From positions 23,468 to 87,467 of the forward strand of contig CALMJS010000031.1 of NCBI GenBank assembly GCA_937864535.1: a DNA stretch of 64,000 bases, written 5' to 3'. This document shows positions 1 through 10,415 of the stretch, in pieces. The stretch comes from an uncultured Rhodobacteraceae bacterium (GTDB lineage Bacteria > Pseudomonadota > Alphaproteobacteria > Rhodobacterales > Rhodobacteraceae). Numbering within the stretch: position 1 is the stretch's first letter; every line of letters starts with the position of its first letter. Position numbers and translations under genes: made by a program. The notes beneath the pieces are model-generated. The model saw only the letters and a list, made by a program, of their open reading frames with translations, ran no database searches and was not told the origin of the DNA.

Positions 1-662
1 TTCGCCGCTGCTTTGTGTTCGAAGAAATGGCCGGTCGTGCCAAGCGCCAGCGCGATCTCCGGGCCTGTCGCGTCCCCCTCGCCCTTCATGACCGGGACAA
101 GTGGCAGCAAGCGGGGGGCCCAGTCGCCTGCTGCCTCGCGGCTCACGGCGCGGCCGGATTTCGGAGAAATGTAGCACAGATCCTCGTTCACGCCGCGCAC
201 GGCACAGGCTGACAGGTCGAGGCCATACCCGAGGTCTGACAGAAGCTGCATTTCCCAATGGAGGTAAGCGAGCGGCCAGAGATCGTTTTGACCGAGCAAT
301 TCCAGCAGGTTGATCGTTCGTTGATAGAGGTCTGGCAAGGGTTCCCGTTCGGGGAGGGTGTGCACCAAGAGCGCACAGATCGTCCCGAGCCCCGCCAGCG
401 CCAAACGGTCAGACATCACCTGAGACGCACGGCTGCGGATCGGTTCGAGCGTGAAGGCCCCGAGGTGGTCCGCGAGGCGAGCCCGCCAGACAAGTGAAAC
501 CTGTGAACCTGGCTGGAGCGTTGCAGCCATTTTGCGGCTGGCCCCGCCGCGCAGGACGCCGATCTGTCGCCCGTGTTCAGCGGTCAGCACATCGACGATC
601 ATGGAGGTTTCCCCATGAGCCCGTGCCGCCAGAACGGCTCCTTCGTCGCGCCATTCAATCAT
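1..662 (-). CDS. recO: DNA repair protein RecO (3' end runs off the window)
   Basis: My own minus-strand translation from the ATG at 662-660 gives [40 protein letters not shown]..., open to position 1. It is absent from the ORF track because no stop falls in the window. Classic rnc-era-recO synteny. Confidence 0.8.
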   Translation of the reverse strand, partial: MIEWRDEGAVLAARAHGETSMIVDVLTAEHGRQIGVLRGGASRKMAATLQPGSQVSLVWRARLADHLGAFTLEPIRSRASQVMSDRLALAGLGTICALLVHTLPEREPLPDLYQRTINLLELLGQNDLWPLAYLHWEMQLLSDLGYGLDLSACAVRGVNEDLCYISPKSGRAVSREAAGDWAPRLLPLVPVMKGEGDATGPEIALALGTTGHFFEHKAAA

Positions 663-677
663 GCCTGTCCTATAAGG

Positions 678-1004
678 CTAGTCCAACCCCGGCTCGTCGA
701 GGAGGTGCCGCCCGTCACGGCTCTCAACTTCGATCACCCAGAGGTCGCTGTCAAACGACACTTGTTTGCGGATGGAGGCGTCAACTTCGGGCTCTGCCGC
801 TTCGATCAAGGGGACCCACCGGCGGTCCCCTGTCATCAGGTCGAACGAGCGCTGATAGGCGCGGGCCTGACCGTCCAGCGTGTTGAGTTTCACCAACACC
901 GCCCCCGCCGTTTCATCCCCGCGGCGCACGACGAAGGCCGGAATATCCGCCAGGCGCAGCCGGGTCAAATAGGCCGACACCCAGATGCCCGAGGCAAGCC
1001 TCAT
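678..1004 (-). CDS. DUF1491-family protein
   Basis: ORF 678..1064. The internal ATG ([40 protein letters not shown]...) overlaps the era stop as ATGA. Small conserved alphaproteobacterial protein between era and recO. Confidence 0.6.
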   Translation of the reverse strand: MRLASGIWVSAYLTRLRLADIPAFVVRRGDETAGAVLVKLNTLDGQARAYQRSFDLMTGDRRWVPLIEAAEPEVDASIRKQVSFDSDLWVIEVESRDGRHLLDEPGLD

Positions 1005-1918
1005 GCGTTGCCGTCTTTGAAATCGAGGCCCATCTCGGTGTAGCGTTCCGACTCTTCGAGCCAATTCGGACGCACCTTAACCTGCAGGAACAGGTGCACC
1101 TTGCGGCCAAGGAATTCCTCGAGTTCTTCGCGGGCGGCCTTGGAAATCGCCTTGGCGGTTTCACCGCCCTTGCCCAGTACGATCCCCTTGTGGCCATCGC
1201 GCGAGACATAGACCACCTGATCGATGCGGGCAGAACCGTCTTTGCGTTCCTCCCACATCTCGGTTTCGACGGTCAGCTGATAGGGCAGTTCCTGATGCAG
1301 ACGCAGGGTCAGTTTTTCGCGGGTGATCTCTGCGGCGATCATCCGCAGGGGCAAATCGGCGATCTGGTCTTCGGGGTAGAGCCATGGGCTAAGCGGCATC
1401 TGTGCGCCCAGCCATTCCTTGAGGTCCTGACACCCATAGCCCTTTTCCGCCGAGATCATAAAGGTGCGATCAAAGGCAAAGGCTTCGTTCATTTTCTGCG
1501 ACAGGGCAAGAAGATGCTCGGCCTTGACGTTGTCGATCTTATTGATGGCAAGGGCGATCGGCGCCTTGCCCACGCGATCGCGGAGTGCGGCGAGGATGGT
1601 TTTCACGCCATCGGTCAGACCCCGATGCGCCTCGATCAACAGGACGACGATATCGGCATCCGCTGCCCCGCCCCAGGCCGCTGCAACCATCGCGCGATCC
1701 AGACGGCGGCGCGGGCGAAACAGGCCGGGCGTATCGACAAAGACGATCTGATTGTCGTCCTGCATCGCCACACCGCGAATGCGGGCGCGGGTGGTCTGCA
1801 CCTTGTGCGTGACAATCGAGACCTTGGCGCCAACCATCCAGTTGAGCAGGGTCGATTTGCCAGCGTTCGGTTCACCGATCAGGGCGACAAAGCCTGCACG
1901 GGTTTGAGTGTCGGTCAT
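1001..1918 (-). CDS. era: GTPase Era
   Basis: [26 protein letters not shown] (G1 P-loop), DTPG, NKID and a C-terminal KH domain. The start at 1918 overlaps the rnc stop (ATGA). Confidence 0.95.
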   Translation of the reverse strand: MTDTQTRAGFVALIGEPNAGKSTLLNWMVGAKVSIVTHKVQTTRARIRGVAMQDDNQIVFVDTPGLFRPRRRLDRAMVAAAWGGAADADIVVLLIEAHRGLTDGVKTILAALRDRVGKAPIALAINKIDNVKAEHLLALSQKMNEAFAFDRTFMISAEKGYGCQDLKEWLGAQMPLSPWLYPEDQIADLPLRMIAAEITREKLTLRLHQELPYQLTVETEMWEERKDGSARIDQVVYVSRDGHKGIVLGKGGETAKAISKAAREELEEFLGRKVHLFLQVKVRPNWLEESERYTEMGLDFKDGNA

Positions 1919-2595
1919 TGTGTTACCTTTGCCAGCAGGGATTTCGCCGCGGCCTGTTCCGCTTGGCGTTTGGACCCGGCGGTTGCCCGATCCGTTGCAC
2001 CAGAGGCTAGACGAACTTCGATTGTAAAAACAGGTTGATGATCGGGACCGGATCGCGCCAGTTCGACATAGGACGGGGGCGGTTCGCCGCGCGCCTGCGC
2101 CCATTCCTGAAGCGCGGTTTTGGGATCGCGGGCGTCATCCTCGACCTTGTGGATCCGATTGCCCCAGAGCCGCAAGACAACCGTTTGCGCCGCCTCAAAG
2201 CCCGCATCCAGATAGATCGCGGCGATCACCGCCTCCATCGCATCGCCGAGCAGCGTCTCTTTGCGGCGGCCGCCGGATTTCTGTTCGGACCTGCCAAGTT
2301 TCAGAACCAGCCCGAGGTCGATCTGCCGCGCGACATCGGCGCAGGTTTCCTTGCGGACCAGAGCATTGAACCGGGGGGCCAAAACCCCCTCGGCCGCGGT
2401 TCGGTCAGCCTCGAAGAGCGCCTGCGCCATCACGAGGCCCAGTACACGGTCGCCCAAAAACTCGAGCCGTTGATTGTTGTCACGCTGAGGCGAGGACATC
2501 GACGGATGCGTGACCGCCCGGACCAAGAGGTCGGGACGTGTGAAAGTGTAGCCAAGCCTTTGGCTAAAGGCGACCAATTCTGCTGCTAGTTTCAT
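1915..2595 (-). CDS. rnc: Ribonuclease III
   Basis: 226 aa with the RNase III signature [13 protein letters not shown] and a C-terminal dsRBD ([13 protein letters not shown]...). Confidence 0.95.
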   Translation of the reverse strand: MKLAAELVAFSQRLGYTFTRPDLLVRAVTHPSMSSPQRDNNQRLEFLGDRVLGLVMAQALFEADRTAAEGVLAPRFNALVRKETCADVARQIDLGLVLKLGRSEQKSGGRRKETLLGDAMEAVIAAIYLDAGFEAAQTVVLRLWGNRIHKVEDDARDPKTALQEWAQARGEPPPSYVELARSGPDHQPVFTIEVRLASGATDRATAGSKRQAEQAAAKSLLAKVTQ

Positions 2596-3632
2596 TTTAC
2601 CGCCTTGAGCAGGCGCGACAGGCGCCAGTCCCAGAAGAACAGAGGCTCAGAGCCCTTGGTCGAGTACAATACCGCAACTGCGCGGCCGATAACAGCGGAT
2701 TGCGGAACAAATCCGACTCCGCCCGCTGCAATAGCAACCCGGCTGTCGCGCGCATTGTCACGGTTATCGCCCAGCACGAAATAGTGGCCCTCCGGAACAA
2801 CAAAATCCTGCGTCTGATCGAGAGGACCGCCGTCGATAATATTCAGGACACCGTAGCCGGGCCCATCCCCCGGCAGGGTCTCGATCAGCCGAGGTTTTTC
2901 ACAGCTCGCGCCTTGTCCGACAGCGCCATTGGCACAGCGAGGCATGGTACGTCCCGGTCCCTGCGGCCCCATGATTTCGCTGAACTGTCCGTCCTCGGTC
3001 TGAACGGCGGCCTGGCCATTCAGAACCGGTAGTCCATCAACGATCCGGATACTGTCCCCGCCAAGCGCGACGACGCGGCTCAGATGCACCTGTCCGTCAA
3101 GCCAGAAGGCGATCACATCACCCCGGTCCGCACGGAAACCCAGCCGTCCGGTCGCCACGACATCCCCGATCAACAGCGTTGGCTTCATGCTGCCGGATGC
3201 AACGAAATGGGGCGTCCAGAACACGCGGCTTGCAGATAGGATCGCCAGAAGGACAACAGCGGCATAGCCAATCGCCCGCAGCGGCGTAAAATCCGGCAAG
3301 CGTCGAAAACCACGCGATTTGATCAGCAGGACGACAAAAAACGCCGCGCCGATCCATGGCAGAGCCAGCAGAATAGCCAGACCCGCCGGCCAGTTGATTT
3401 CGTTGAGGCGGCGAATGACATGGCCGAACATCGGCATCACCAGCCCCGCCAGCAACAGCCAGGACACCACTTCAACTGTACCACGCCAACCGCCTGCCAA
3501 GGTCGCAAACGACAGAGCGACAACGGGCAGACAAAAAACCAACGTCACGACCAGCAGTTGCAGTCGTGACGTTCGGCCTGACCAGTCAAAGCCACCCTTG
3601 TACAGGTGAATCGGGTTCAGCTTATGTGCCAT
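2592..3632 (-). CDS. DUF805 membrane domain fused to an S26 signal-peptidase-I-like domain (general-base Lys apparently replaced)
   Basis: N-terminus is DUF805-like (GRTSRLQ..., [31 protein letters not shown]). C-terminus has SGSMKPTL and [11 protein letters not shown] boxes. The box that reads YIKRLIGLPGD in the neighbouring LepB reads [11 protein letters not shown] here. Confidence 0.75.
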   Translation of the reverse strand: MAHKLNPIHLYKGGFDWSGRTSRLQLLVVTLVFCLPVVALSFATLAGGWRGTVEVVSWLLLAGLVMPMFGHVIRRLNEINWPAGLAILLALPWIGAAFFVVLLIKSRGFRRLPDFTPLRAIGYAAVVLLAILSASRVFWTPHFVASGSMKPTLLIGDVVATGRLGFRADRGDVIAFWLDGQVHLSRVVALGGDSIRIVDGLPVLNGQAAVQTEDGQFSEIMGPQGPGRTMPRCANGAVGQGASCEKPRLIETLPGDGPGYGVLNIIDGGPLDQTQDFVVPEGHYFVLGDNRDNARDSRVAIAAGGVGFVPQSAVIGRAVAVLYSTKGSEPLFFWDWRLSRLLKAVK

Positions 3633-3638
3633 CGTGTC

Positions 3639-4499
3639 CTATTCGATGGCCTTAAAGAACCGATCCTTGCGCCATGTCCAGAAGGCGAGGATCGACGAGC
3701 CTGCCGAAGAAAAGATGATGCGATCCGCACGACCTTCGATGTCTTCGCGCATGACATAGCCGACGCCGGTTCCGCTGGCCGGGTTCCACGGCACGCGACT
3801 GTCGATCGAATTATCGCGGTTGTCGCCCATAAAGAAGTAATGATCCTCGGGGACGGTATAGATCGGGGTGTTATCCGTATCGATCGTCGCGGTGACGCGG
3901 TTGCCGTCACGGGTGTTCAACACGTCATGTTCGACACCGTTCGGCAGGGTTTCCCGCGAACGATACTTGATACATTGATCGTCATTCACGACCTCGGCAC
4001 AGCCCGGACGGGACCGCTGCGGCCCCTGCGCTGCGGTCGTTTCAACAAATTCACCAGCGTCGGTGACCTGGACCGGTTCATTGTTGATATACAGCAGACC
4101 GTCGCGCATCTGGATGGTATCGCCCGGCAGACCGATCAGGCGCTTGATATAGTCCTCGCCCTTGCCACGGTGGCGGAACACGATGACATCGCCACGTTCC
4201 GGTTCGGAACCGAATAGCCGGTCGTCCGCGCCCATAAAGGCACCGCAGAAATCCTCTGGCCCCAGATCGATACCAAAACGCGGAATTTTGACGGCCGGAC
4301 AGGATGCGTAGGAATAGCCATAGGCCATTTTGTTCACGAACAGGAAATCCCCGATCAGCAGCGTGTCCTTCATCGACCCCGACGGAATCCAGAACGGCTG
4401 AAAGAACAGCGTCCGGAAAATCCCCGCAATCAGCAGAGCATAGACAATCGTCTTGACTGTCTCTTTGATGCTGGCCCAAAGGCCGCCGGTCTCGGTCAT
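3639..4499 (-). CDS. lepB: Signal peptidase I
   Basis: All S26 boxes are present: IPSGSMKDTLL, DYIKRLIGLPGD, GDNRDNSIDSR. The ORF extends to 4541, but the ATG at 4499 has a GGAG upstream and avoids overlapping acpS. Confidence 0.9.
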   Translation of the reverse strand: MTETGGLWASIKETVKTIVYALLIAGIFRTLFFQPFWIPSGSMKDTLLIGDFLFVNKMAYGYSYASCPAVKIPRFGIDLGPEDFCGAFMGADDRLFGSEPERGDVIVFRHRGKGEDYIKRLIGLPGDTIQMRDGLLYINNEPVQVTDAGEFVETTAAQGPQRSRPGCAEVVNDDQCIKYRSRETLPNGVEHDVLNTRDGNRVTATIDTDNTPIYTVPEDHYFFMGDNRDNSIDSRVPWNPASGTGVGYVMREDIEGRADRIIFSSAGSSILAFWTWRKDRFFKAIE

Positions 4500-4518
4500 G
4501 GCAGTCTGCTCCGTAAAT

Positions 4519-4956
4519 TTACTGCTCAATGCGGCTGACATCGTATGGTGTCAACCCGGGTCTCTGTCGGGCTTCTATCACCACGAAGGCCTGCGCCCAA
4601 GGATGATCATCCGTCAAAGTCACGTGAACGATGGCGTCGTGTCCGTCGGGTGTCATGTCCCTTAGCCTCTCGGCGGCCCAGCCGGTCAGATGCATGACAG
4701 GCTGACCCGTTTCCAGATTGCTAACCGCCATATCGCGCCAGCTGATACCCATCCGCAAACCTGTCCCCAAGGCTTTGGAACAGGCCTCCTTTGCAGCCCA
4801 GCGCTTGGCATAGGTGCCTGCCACATCGGCACGCCGTTCAGCCTTGGCCTGCTCGACCTCTGTAAAGACCCGATTGCGGAAACGATCGCCAAAACGGGCC
4901 AGCGTTGCCGAAATCCGCTCAATATTCGCGAGGTCGGACCCGATTCCGATAATCAT
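4519..4956 (-). CDS. acpS: Holo-ACP synthase
   Basis: [15 protein letters not shown]... and [16 protein letters not shown] are typical of AcpS. Overlaps the pdxJ stop (ATGA). Confidence 0.9.
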   Translation of the reverse strand: MIIGIGSDLANIERISATLARFGDRFRNRVFTEVEQAKAERRADVAGTYAKRWAAKEACSKALGTGLRMGISWRDMAVSNLETGQPVMHLTGWAAERLRDMTPDGHDAIVHVTLTDDHPWAQAFVVIEARQRPGLTPYDVSRIEQ

Positions 4957-5699
4957 GAGCGCGCATCATCCATAAGGCGCCGCATCTGGGCGATCGCCTC
5001 GGCCAGCCCGATGAAAATCGCTTCGCCAATCAGGAAATGGCCGATATTCAACTCCATAACCTGCGGCAAAGCGGCAATCGGCTGCACGGTGTCAAAGGTC
5101 AGACCGTGGCCCGCGTGGACCTCAAGACCCAGACTATCGGCCAGCGCAGCCGCCTCGGTCAGGCGGGCCAATTCCGCATCACGCGCGGCAAAATCGCCCT
5201 CTGCATGGTAATCGCAATAGGCCCCGGTGTGCAGTTCGACGACAGCCGCGCCAATCCTGTGCGCCGCCCGAATTTGACCGGCATCTGCTCCGATGAAGAT
5301 CGACACACGGCTCCCTGCCTCGCGCAAGGGCGCGATGAAACCGGCCAACCGCGCCTCATCGCGCAGCACATCCAGCCCGCCCTCGGTCGTTCTCTCTTCG
5401 CGACGCTCCGGGACCACACAGATAGCATGGGGTTTATGACGCAGCGCGATGGCCTGCATTTCGGTCGTCGCCGCCATTTCAAAATTAAGCGGCGTCGTCA
5501 GTGCGGCCATGAGGCCATCAATGTCGGCATCCGTAATGTGACGGCGGTCTTCGCGCAGGTGGGCTGTAATCCCGTCAGCGCCGGCCATCTCGGCCAGTTT
5601 GGCCGCGCGGACCGGATCGGGATAGGCGCTCCCCCGTGCATTGCGGACCGTAGCCACGTGGTCGATATTGACCCCGAGCCGAAGTTTACCTTTGGACAT
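4953..5699 (-). CDS. pdxJ: Pyridoxine 5'-phosphate synthase
   Basis: [23 protein letters not shown] matches the PdxJ N-terminal signature. The ATG at 5699 is preceded by GGGAGAGG. The ORF track's longer version starts at a TTG. Confidence 0.92.
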   Translation of the reverse strand: MSKGKLRLGVNIDHVATVRNARGSAYPDPVRAAKLAEMAGADGITAHLREDRRHITDADIDGLMAALTTPLNFEMAATTEMQAIALRHKPHAICVVPERREERTTEGGLDVLRDEARLAGFIAPLREAGSRVSIFIGADAGQIRAAHRIGAAVVELHTGAYCDYHAEGDFAARDAELARLTEAAALADSLGLEVHAGHGLTFDTVQPIAALPQVMELNIGHFLIGEAIFIGLAEAIAQMRRLMDDARS

Positions 5700-5730
5700 A
5701 CCTGCCTCTCCCAAGTCTTACGCGCCGCCC

Positions 5731-6369
5731 CTAATGACGGTCCGATGCGGACCCGGCAGCATTCAATTGTTTCAGCTTTGCACGTAGCCGTTTACGGCGG
5801 CTCTTTTGATATGCGCCAATGACGCCAACAGACAAATAGTAAACGAGTGTTGCAGCAATCAGACCAGGAATGATGCAGCCGATCATGAACGGATAAAACA
5901 CATCATCGTAAAAGATCAGCAAATGCGTCCAATCCGTCTTTTCGGAAGAAAAAATGGCGATCAGGTTGAACCAAAGATCACCGAACGCACCGCCGATTTT
6001 GTGCTGGAGCGTGTATTCGAGCCCGCGATCCGGACGCGAGCCAAGGATCAGGTGACCCGTCCAGATCGAGGTCATCGCAATCGGAATGTATGTCGCCGGA
6101 TTGCCAAAGAATGTCCCGATCAGCGCCGCAGGTACATTGCCACGGACCAATCGCGCCGCCAGCCACGCAATCAGGAAATGCAGGCCAAAAAACGGGGTAA
6201 AGCTGGCGAACACGCCTGCCCCCAACCCGCGGGCGATTTTCTCGGGGGTGTCAGGCAAACGACGCAGACGGTGTTTGACATATTCAAAGGCGCGAACCCA
6301 TCCACCCTTGGGCCAGACCATATGTCGAAATGTCTGCCAGGGAGATAGTCTGTCGCGACGCTTGAACAC
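5731..6369 (-). CDS. DUF2062 membrane protein
   Basis: 212 aa with ...PEKIARGLGAGVFASFTPFFGLHFLIAWLAARLVRGN..., a DUF2062-like architecture. GTG start overlaps the spoT stop by 1 nt. Confidence 0.6.
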   Translation of the reverse strand: MFKRRDRLSPWQTFRHMVWPKGGWVRAFEYVKHRLRRLPDTPEKIARGLGAGVFASFTPFFGLHFLIAWLAARLVRGNVPAALIGTFFGNPATYIPIAMTSIWTGHLILGSRPDRGLEYTLQHKIGGAFGDLWFNLIAIFSSEKTDWTHLLIFYDDVFYPFMIGCIIPGLIAATLVYYLSVGVIGAYQKSRRKRLRAKLKQLNAAGSASDRH

Positions 6370-8528
6370 TATGTCCGATCCTCTTTCGCCTTGGCGCCAC
6401 GACGGGGGTCACGCAATCGCTTGATCGCGGACACATTGCTCTCGGCCTCTAATGCAGTCATCACCCGATGCAGGTGTTCTACATCTCTGAGGTCTACATC
6501 AATGTAAAGGCGGAAGAAATCCGGCTTGCGATCAATAAAGTTCAAATCCGAGATATTGGCGTCCTGCTCGCCGATGATCGTGCAGATCCGCCCCAGAACA
6601 CCGGCATCGTTGCTAATGGTCATGTCCAGCGTGACGGTATTCACCGCCGAGTGGACGCCATCCTGCCAGTGCAAATCGATCCAGCGCTCTGCCTGATCTT
6701 CAAAATCAGCCAAGGCCTGACAGTCGATCGCATGGACCACAACGCCCTGCCCGCGGAATGTAATCCCGACAATTCGCTCGCCCGGCACCGGCTGGCAGCA
6801 GGGCGCACGCCGATAGGATTGATCGCCCGACAGGCCGACGACAGCGCGGCTGGTATCGACCTCTTCGCCCTTGCGCTCGGCCAGTTCGGGATAAATGGCG
6901 CGCACGACCTCGCGGCTGGTGATTTCGGCGCTGCCGAGCTGGGCCAGCAGTTCGTCTACATCCTCCAGAACCAGGGTCTTGGCTGCGGTGGATAGGGCCT
7001 TGTCTGTGGCCTTTTTACCAACGTTTTCAAAGGCAACACGCGCCAATTCACGGCCGAGTTTGATGAACCGTTCGCGGTCTTCCGCCCGCAGGGCCCGGCG
7101 GATCGCGGCCTTGGCACGGCCCGTCACGGCAATATCGATCCATGTCACTTCGGGCTTTTGGCCATCAGCGATGATGATCTCGATCGACTGGCCATTCTTT
7201 AACCGTGTCCAGAGCGGCACACGCAGACCATCGACCTTGGCCCCGACGCATTTCGCACCGATGCGGGTGTGGATGGCATAGGCAAAATCGATAGGCGTCG
7301 CGCCGCGCGGCAGCTTGATCACGTCACCCTTGGGCGTGAAACAGAACACCTGGTCCTGATACATCTCGAGCTTGACCGCCTCGAGAAATTCGTGGTGATC
7401 GTCCTCTTGGTCCAGTCGTTCGGTCAACTGCGCGATCCAGCGCACGGGGTCCACCGCGAACCGGTTCTCGACCCTCTCGCCGTTTTTATAGGACCAATGC
7501 GCGGCGACGCCTGCCTCTGCGACCTCGTGCATTTCGCGCGTGCGAATCTGCACCTCGACCCGCTTGCCGTCGCGACCGGATACCGTTGTATGGATCGACC
7601 GATAGCCGTTCGATTTCGGCTGGCTGATGTAATCCTTGAACCGGCCAGGGACCGCGCGCCAACGCTGGTGGATCGCGCCCAGCACTTTGTAGCAGTCGGC
7701 TTCGGTCTGTGTGATCACACGGAACCCGTAGATGTCCGAAAGACGGCTAAAGCCCTGATCTTTCTCCTGCATCTTGCGCCAGATGGAATAGGGCTTCTTG
7801 GCGCGACCATAGACGTCGGCCTGAATATTCGCCTTTTCCAACTCGATCCGCATATCGGCAGTGATCTTGGGAATCACATCGCCGGTTTCTTTTTGCAGCA
7901 TGATAAAGCGGCGCATGATCGAATTGCGCGCTTCGGGGTTGAGAACCTTAAAGGCCAGATCCTCGAGTTCCTCGCGCATCCACTGCATCCCCATGCGCCC
8001 GGCAAGAGGGGCATAGATATCCATGGTTTCGCGGGCCTTTTGGGCCTGTTTTTCCGCGCGCATCGACTTGATCGTGCGCATATTGTGCAGACGGTCCGCC
8101 AGCTTGACGAGGATAACCCGCAGATCGCGGGACATGGCCATAAACAGCTTGCGGAAGTTTTCCGCCTGTTTGGACTGGGTCGACGTCAACTGGATATTGG
8201 TCAGCTTGGTAACACCATCGACCAGTTCGGCAACATCGTGACCGAACAGGGTCTCTACGTCCTTGTAGCTGGCCTTGGTGTCCTCGATCGTGTCGTGCAA
8301 CAGCGCGGTGATGATCGTGGCATCGTCCATCTGCTGGCTGGCCAGAATGGCGGCAACAGCGATAGGATGGGTAAAGTAGGGCTCTCCCGACTGGCGGAAT
8401 TGTCCCGAATGCATCTCTTCGCCAAAGGCATAGGCCGTACGAAGGAGCGCCTCGTTTGTTCGAGGGTTGTAGGCGCGGACCAGCGCGACAAGTTTGTCAG
8501 CAGTGTAGGTCTGGTCCTGCGCTATCAT
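6369..8528 (-). CDS. spoT: Bifunctional (p)ppGpp synthetase/hydrolase (RelA/SpoT homologue)
   Basis: 719 aa with an HD hydrolase domain (HPIAVAAILA...HDTIEDT), a synthetase domain (YRSIHTTV, EVQIRT), and TGS and ACT domains. Confidence 0.95.
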   Translation of the reverse strand: MIAQDQTYTADKLVALVRAYNPRTNEALLRTAYAFGEEMHSGQFRQSGEPYFTHPIAVAAILASQQMDDATIITALLHDTIEDTKASYKDVETLFGHDVAELVDGVTKLTNIQLTSTQSKQAENFRKLFMAMSRDLRVILVKLADRLHNMRTIKSMRAEKQAQKARETMDIYAPLAGRMGMQWMREELEDLAFKVLNPEARNSIMRRFIMLQKETGDVIPKITADMRIELEKANIQADVYGRAKKPYSIWRKMQEKDQGFSRLSDIYGFRVITQTEADCYKVLGAIHQRWRAVPGRFKDYISQPKSNGYRSIHTTVSGRDGKRVEVQIRTREMHEVAEAGVAAHWSYKNGERVENRFAVDPVRWIAQLTERLDQEDDHHEFLEAVKLEMYQDQVFCFTPKGDVIKLPRGATPIDFAYAIHTRIGAKCVGAKVDGLRVPLWTRLKNGQSIEIIIADGQKPEVTWIDIAVTGRAKAAIRRALRAEDRERFIKLGRELARVAFENVGKKATDKALSTAAKTLVLEDVDELLAQLGSAEITSREVVRAIYPELAERKGEEVDTSRAVVGLSGDQSYRRAPCCQPVPGERIVGITFRGQGVVVHAIDCQALADFEDQAERWIDLHWQDGVHSAVNTVTLDMTISNDAGVLGRICTIIGEQDANISDLNFIDRKPDFFRLYIDVDLRDVEHLHRVMTALEAESNVSAIKRLRDPRRGAKAKEDRT

Positions 8529-8546
8529 CTTTGGCCTCCCGCCAGC

Positions 8547-8900
8547 TTAGCGCTGACCCTGGGCCTCCATCAGCTGACGCAGCAGCTTTTCTTCGGACAT
8601 GTCGTCCTCGACCGGGCGATCTGCCTCTGCACCCATCAACAGAGCCATCGAGTCATCTTCCGGCTCGTCGACTTCGATTTGGGTCTGGAGCGATTCAATC
8701 ATACGCTCGCGCAGATCATCGGCCTGCTGGGTTTCCTCGGCGATTTCGCGCAGAGCGACAACCGGGTTTTTATCGTTGTCGCGCGACACCGTCAGCGGCG
8801 AACCAGATGCAACCTCGCGCGCCCGATGGGCGGCAAGCATCACCAGTTCAAACCGGTTCGGTACTTTATCAACGCAATCTTCTACCGTTACGCGGGCCAT
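8547..8900 (-). CDS. rpoZ: RNA polymerase omega subunit
   Basis: [28 protein letters not shown] is the canonical RpoZ N-terminus. Confidence 0.95.
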   Translation of the reverse strand: MARVTVEDCVDKVPNRFELVMLAAHRAREVASGSPLTVSRDNDKNPVVALREIAEETQQADDLRERMIESLQTQIEVDEPEDDSMALLMGAEADRPVEDDMSEEKLLRQLMEAQGQR

Positions 8901-8992
8901 TGGCGTACTCCACTATAGATATGTGGTCCCAAGAAACCCCTCATCTACGGAAAGATCCAAGAATTGACAAGGAGATTCGGCACCGAACACCC

Positions 8993-9556
8993 TCACTCAT
9001 AAGGGATGACGGCGTCGATATCAGAACCGGGCAGTTGCCCTAGCATTTCACGAACTGAACGATTGAGCAATGGATGAACCCAGTCGGGCGCAACATCTGC
9101 CATCGGAACCAGAACAAACGCACGATCCTGCAACCGCGGATGCGGCAAAACGAGCCGGTCCGGGGCTTCGCGCATCTGATCGGCCAAGGGCAGATCAATC
9201 CATGCCTGAACGACCTCCCCATCGGGCAGCACACGATCGCCAACCGCAATCAAGTCCAGATCAAGCGTCCTCATGCCCCAACGGACATCCCGCACGCGGC
9301 CAAAGTCGGCCTCAATCTCGTGTAAAATCAAGAGGATTTCTTCGGGCGAGTGGTCTGTTGCCACACGAATCACCGCATTGGCGTAATCCGGCCCAGCGCC
9401 GACAGGAAAACAGGGCGTGCGGTAGATAATACTACTTTCGCATAGTTTTTCCAATCTTTCGGATAATTGTCCGATGGCAGACTGGATAATCTCTTTTGGG
9501 TTACGATCAAATAACGTAGCGTTCGATCCAAGAGCTATAAGCACATTCTGAGACAT
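8993..9556 (-). CDS. folK: 2-amino-4-hydroxy-6-hydroxymethyldihydropteridine pyrophosphokinase
   Basis: ALGSN..., YRTPCFPV, RWGMRTLDLDLI and HPRLQDRAFVLVPMADV are HPPK motifs. Confidence 0.85.
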   Translation of the reverse strand: MSQNVLIALGSNATLFDRNPKEIIQSAIGQLSERLEKLCESSIIYRTPCFPVGAGPDYANAVIRVATDHSPEEILLILHEIEADFGRVRDVRWGMRTLDLDLIAVGDRVLPDGEVVQAWIDLPLADQMREAPDRLVLPHPRLQDRAFVLVPMADVAPDWVHPLLNRSVREMLGQLPGSDIDAVIPYE

Positions 9557-9665
9557 GCGTCGGGATGCCTGACTTGTAGTTTACATTCGTGTATTTAGTT
9601 TTGATGATCTTCTGCCACCTCACTCACTCACGGCACAACGGCAGAATTGGAAAAAGGACATTTTA

Positions 9666-10238
9666 ATGTTTTATCGGGACGAGCGCTTGGCGCTCTTCAT
9701 CGACGGATCAAACCTTTATGCAGCAGCAAAGTCACTTGGGTTTGACATCGACTACAAATTGCTTCGCCATGAATTCATGCGTCGCGGTAAACTTCTAAGG
9801 GCATTCTACTATACCGCCTTGCTGGAAAACGATGAATATTCGCCCATTCGTCCGTTGGTCGACTGGCTGAACTACAACGGCTTTACGATGGTGACGAAGC
9901 CGGCCAAGGAATACACCGACAGCATGGGTCGGCGCAAAGTCAAAGGGAACATGGACATCGAACTGACCGTCGATGCCATGGAAATTGCGCCCTATGTCGA
10001 TCACATCGTTCTGTTCTCTGGGGATGGAGATTTCAGACCGCTGGTTGAGGCGCTCCAGCGCAAAGGCGTTCGCGTGTCGGTCGTATCGACCATTCGCAGC
10101 CAACCGCCGATGATTTCGGACGAACTGCGTCGTCAGGCTGACAACTTTATCGAGTTGGAAGAACTGCGCGATGTCGTCGGGCGTCCGCCGCGTGAACCGC
10201 GTCCGGACCAGGACGGCACCGACAGCGAAGACGCCTGA
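9666..10238 (+). CDS. NYN (LabA/DUF88-like) domain protein
   Basis: LALFIDGSNLY..., FSGDGDFRPLVEALQRKGVRVSVVS is a NYN/PIN-like nuclease fold signature. Confidence 0.75.
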   Translation: MFYRDERLALFIDGSNLYAAAKSLGFDIDYKLLRHEFMRRGKLLRAFYYTALLENDEYSPIRPLVDWLNYNGFTMVTKPAKEYTDSMGRRKVKGNMDIELTVDAMEIAPYVDHIVLFSGDGDFRPLVEALQRKGVRVSVVSTIRSQPPMISDELRRQADNFIELEELRDVVGRPPREPRPDQDGTDSEDA

Positions 10239-10313
10239 GGCGGCGCACGCACTTCTGCGGCATGACAACCGCTCACGCCAGGCCTATCGGCCGCAGGACG
10301 CGATGCCTGACAG

Positions 10314-10345
10314 AAACCGCCCTTATTGCAGGGCGGTTTTTGTTT
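10314..10345 (+). terminator. Rho-independent terminator after the NYN gene
   Basis: aaaccgccc-ttattgca-gggcggttt followed by a T-rich tract. Confidence 0.75.
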
Positions 10346-10415
10346 GCGGTGTCTGCGACCGACCGGGCCTGACTAGACCTAGACAGGACCCGCGTGCCGG
10401 ACTACCTGTTGCGAC

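Noticed and set aside
7269-8918. 549-aa plus-strand ORF overlapping spoT and rpoZ. Similar long antisense ORFs occur at 33341-34564 (smc), 38711-40255 (cobN), 43103-44224 (membrane protein), 55268-56407 (aminotransferase), 57356-58741 and 59361-60722 (amtB copies), 1094-2038 (era) and 44264-45049 (cobO).
   Set aside because: Each lies antisense to a gene with unambiguous family motifs. Their translations are low-complexity Arg/Gly/His/Asp/Pro-rich with no recognisable domains. Such stop-free antisense frames are expected in high-GC DNA.
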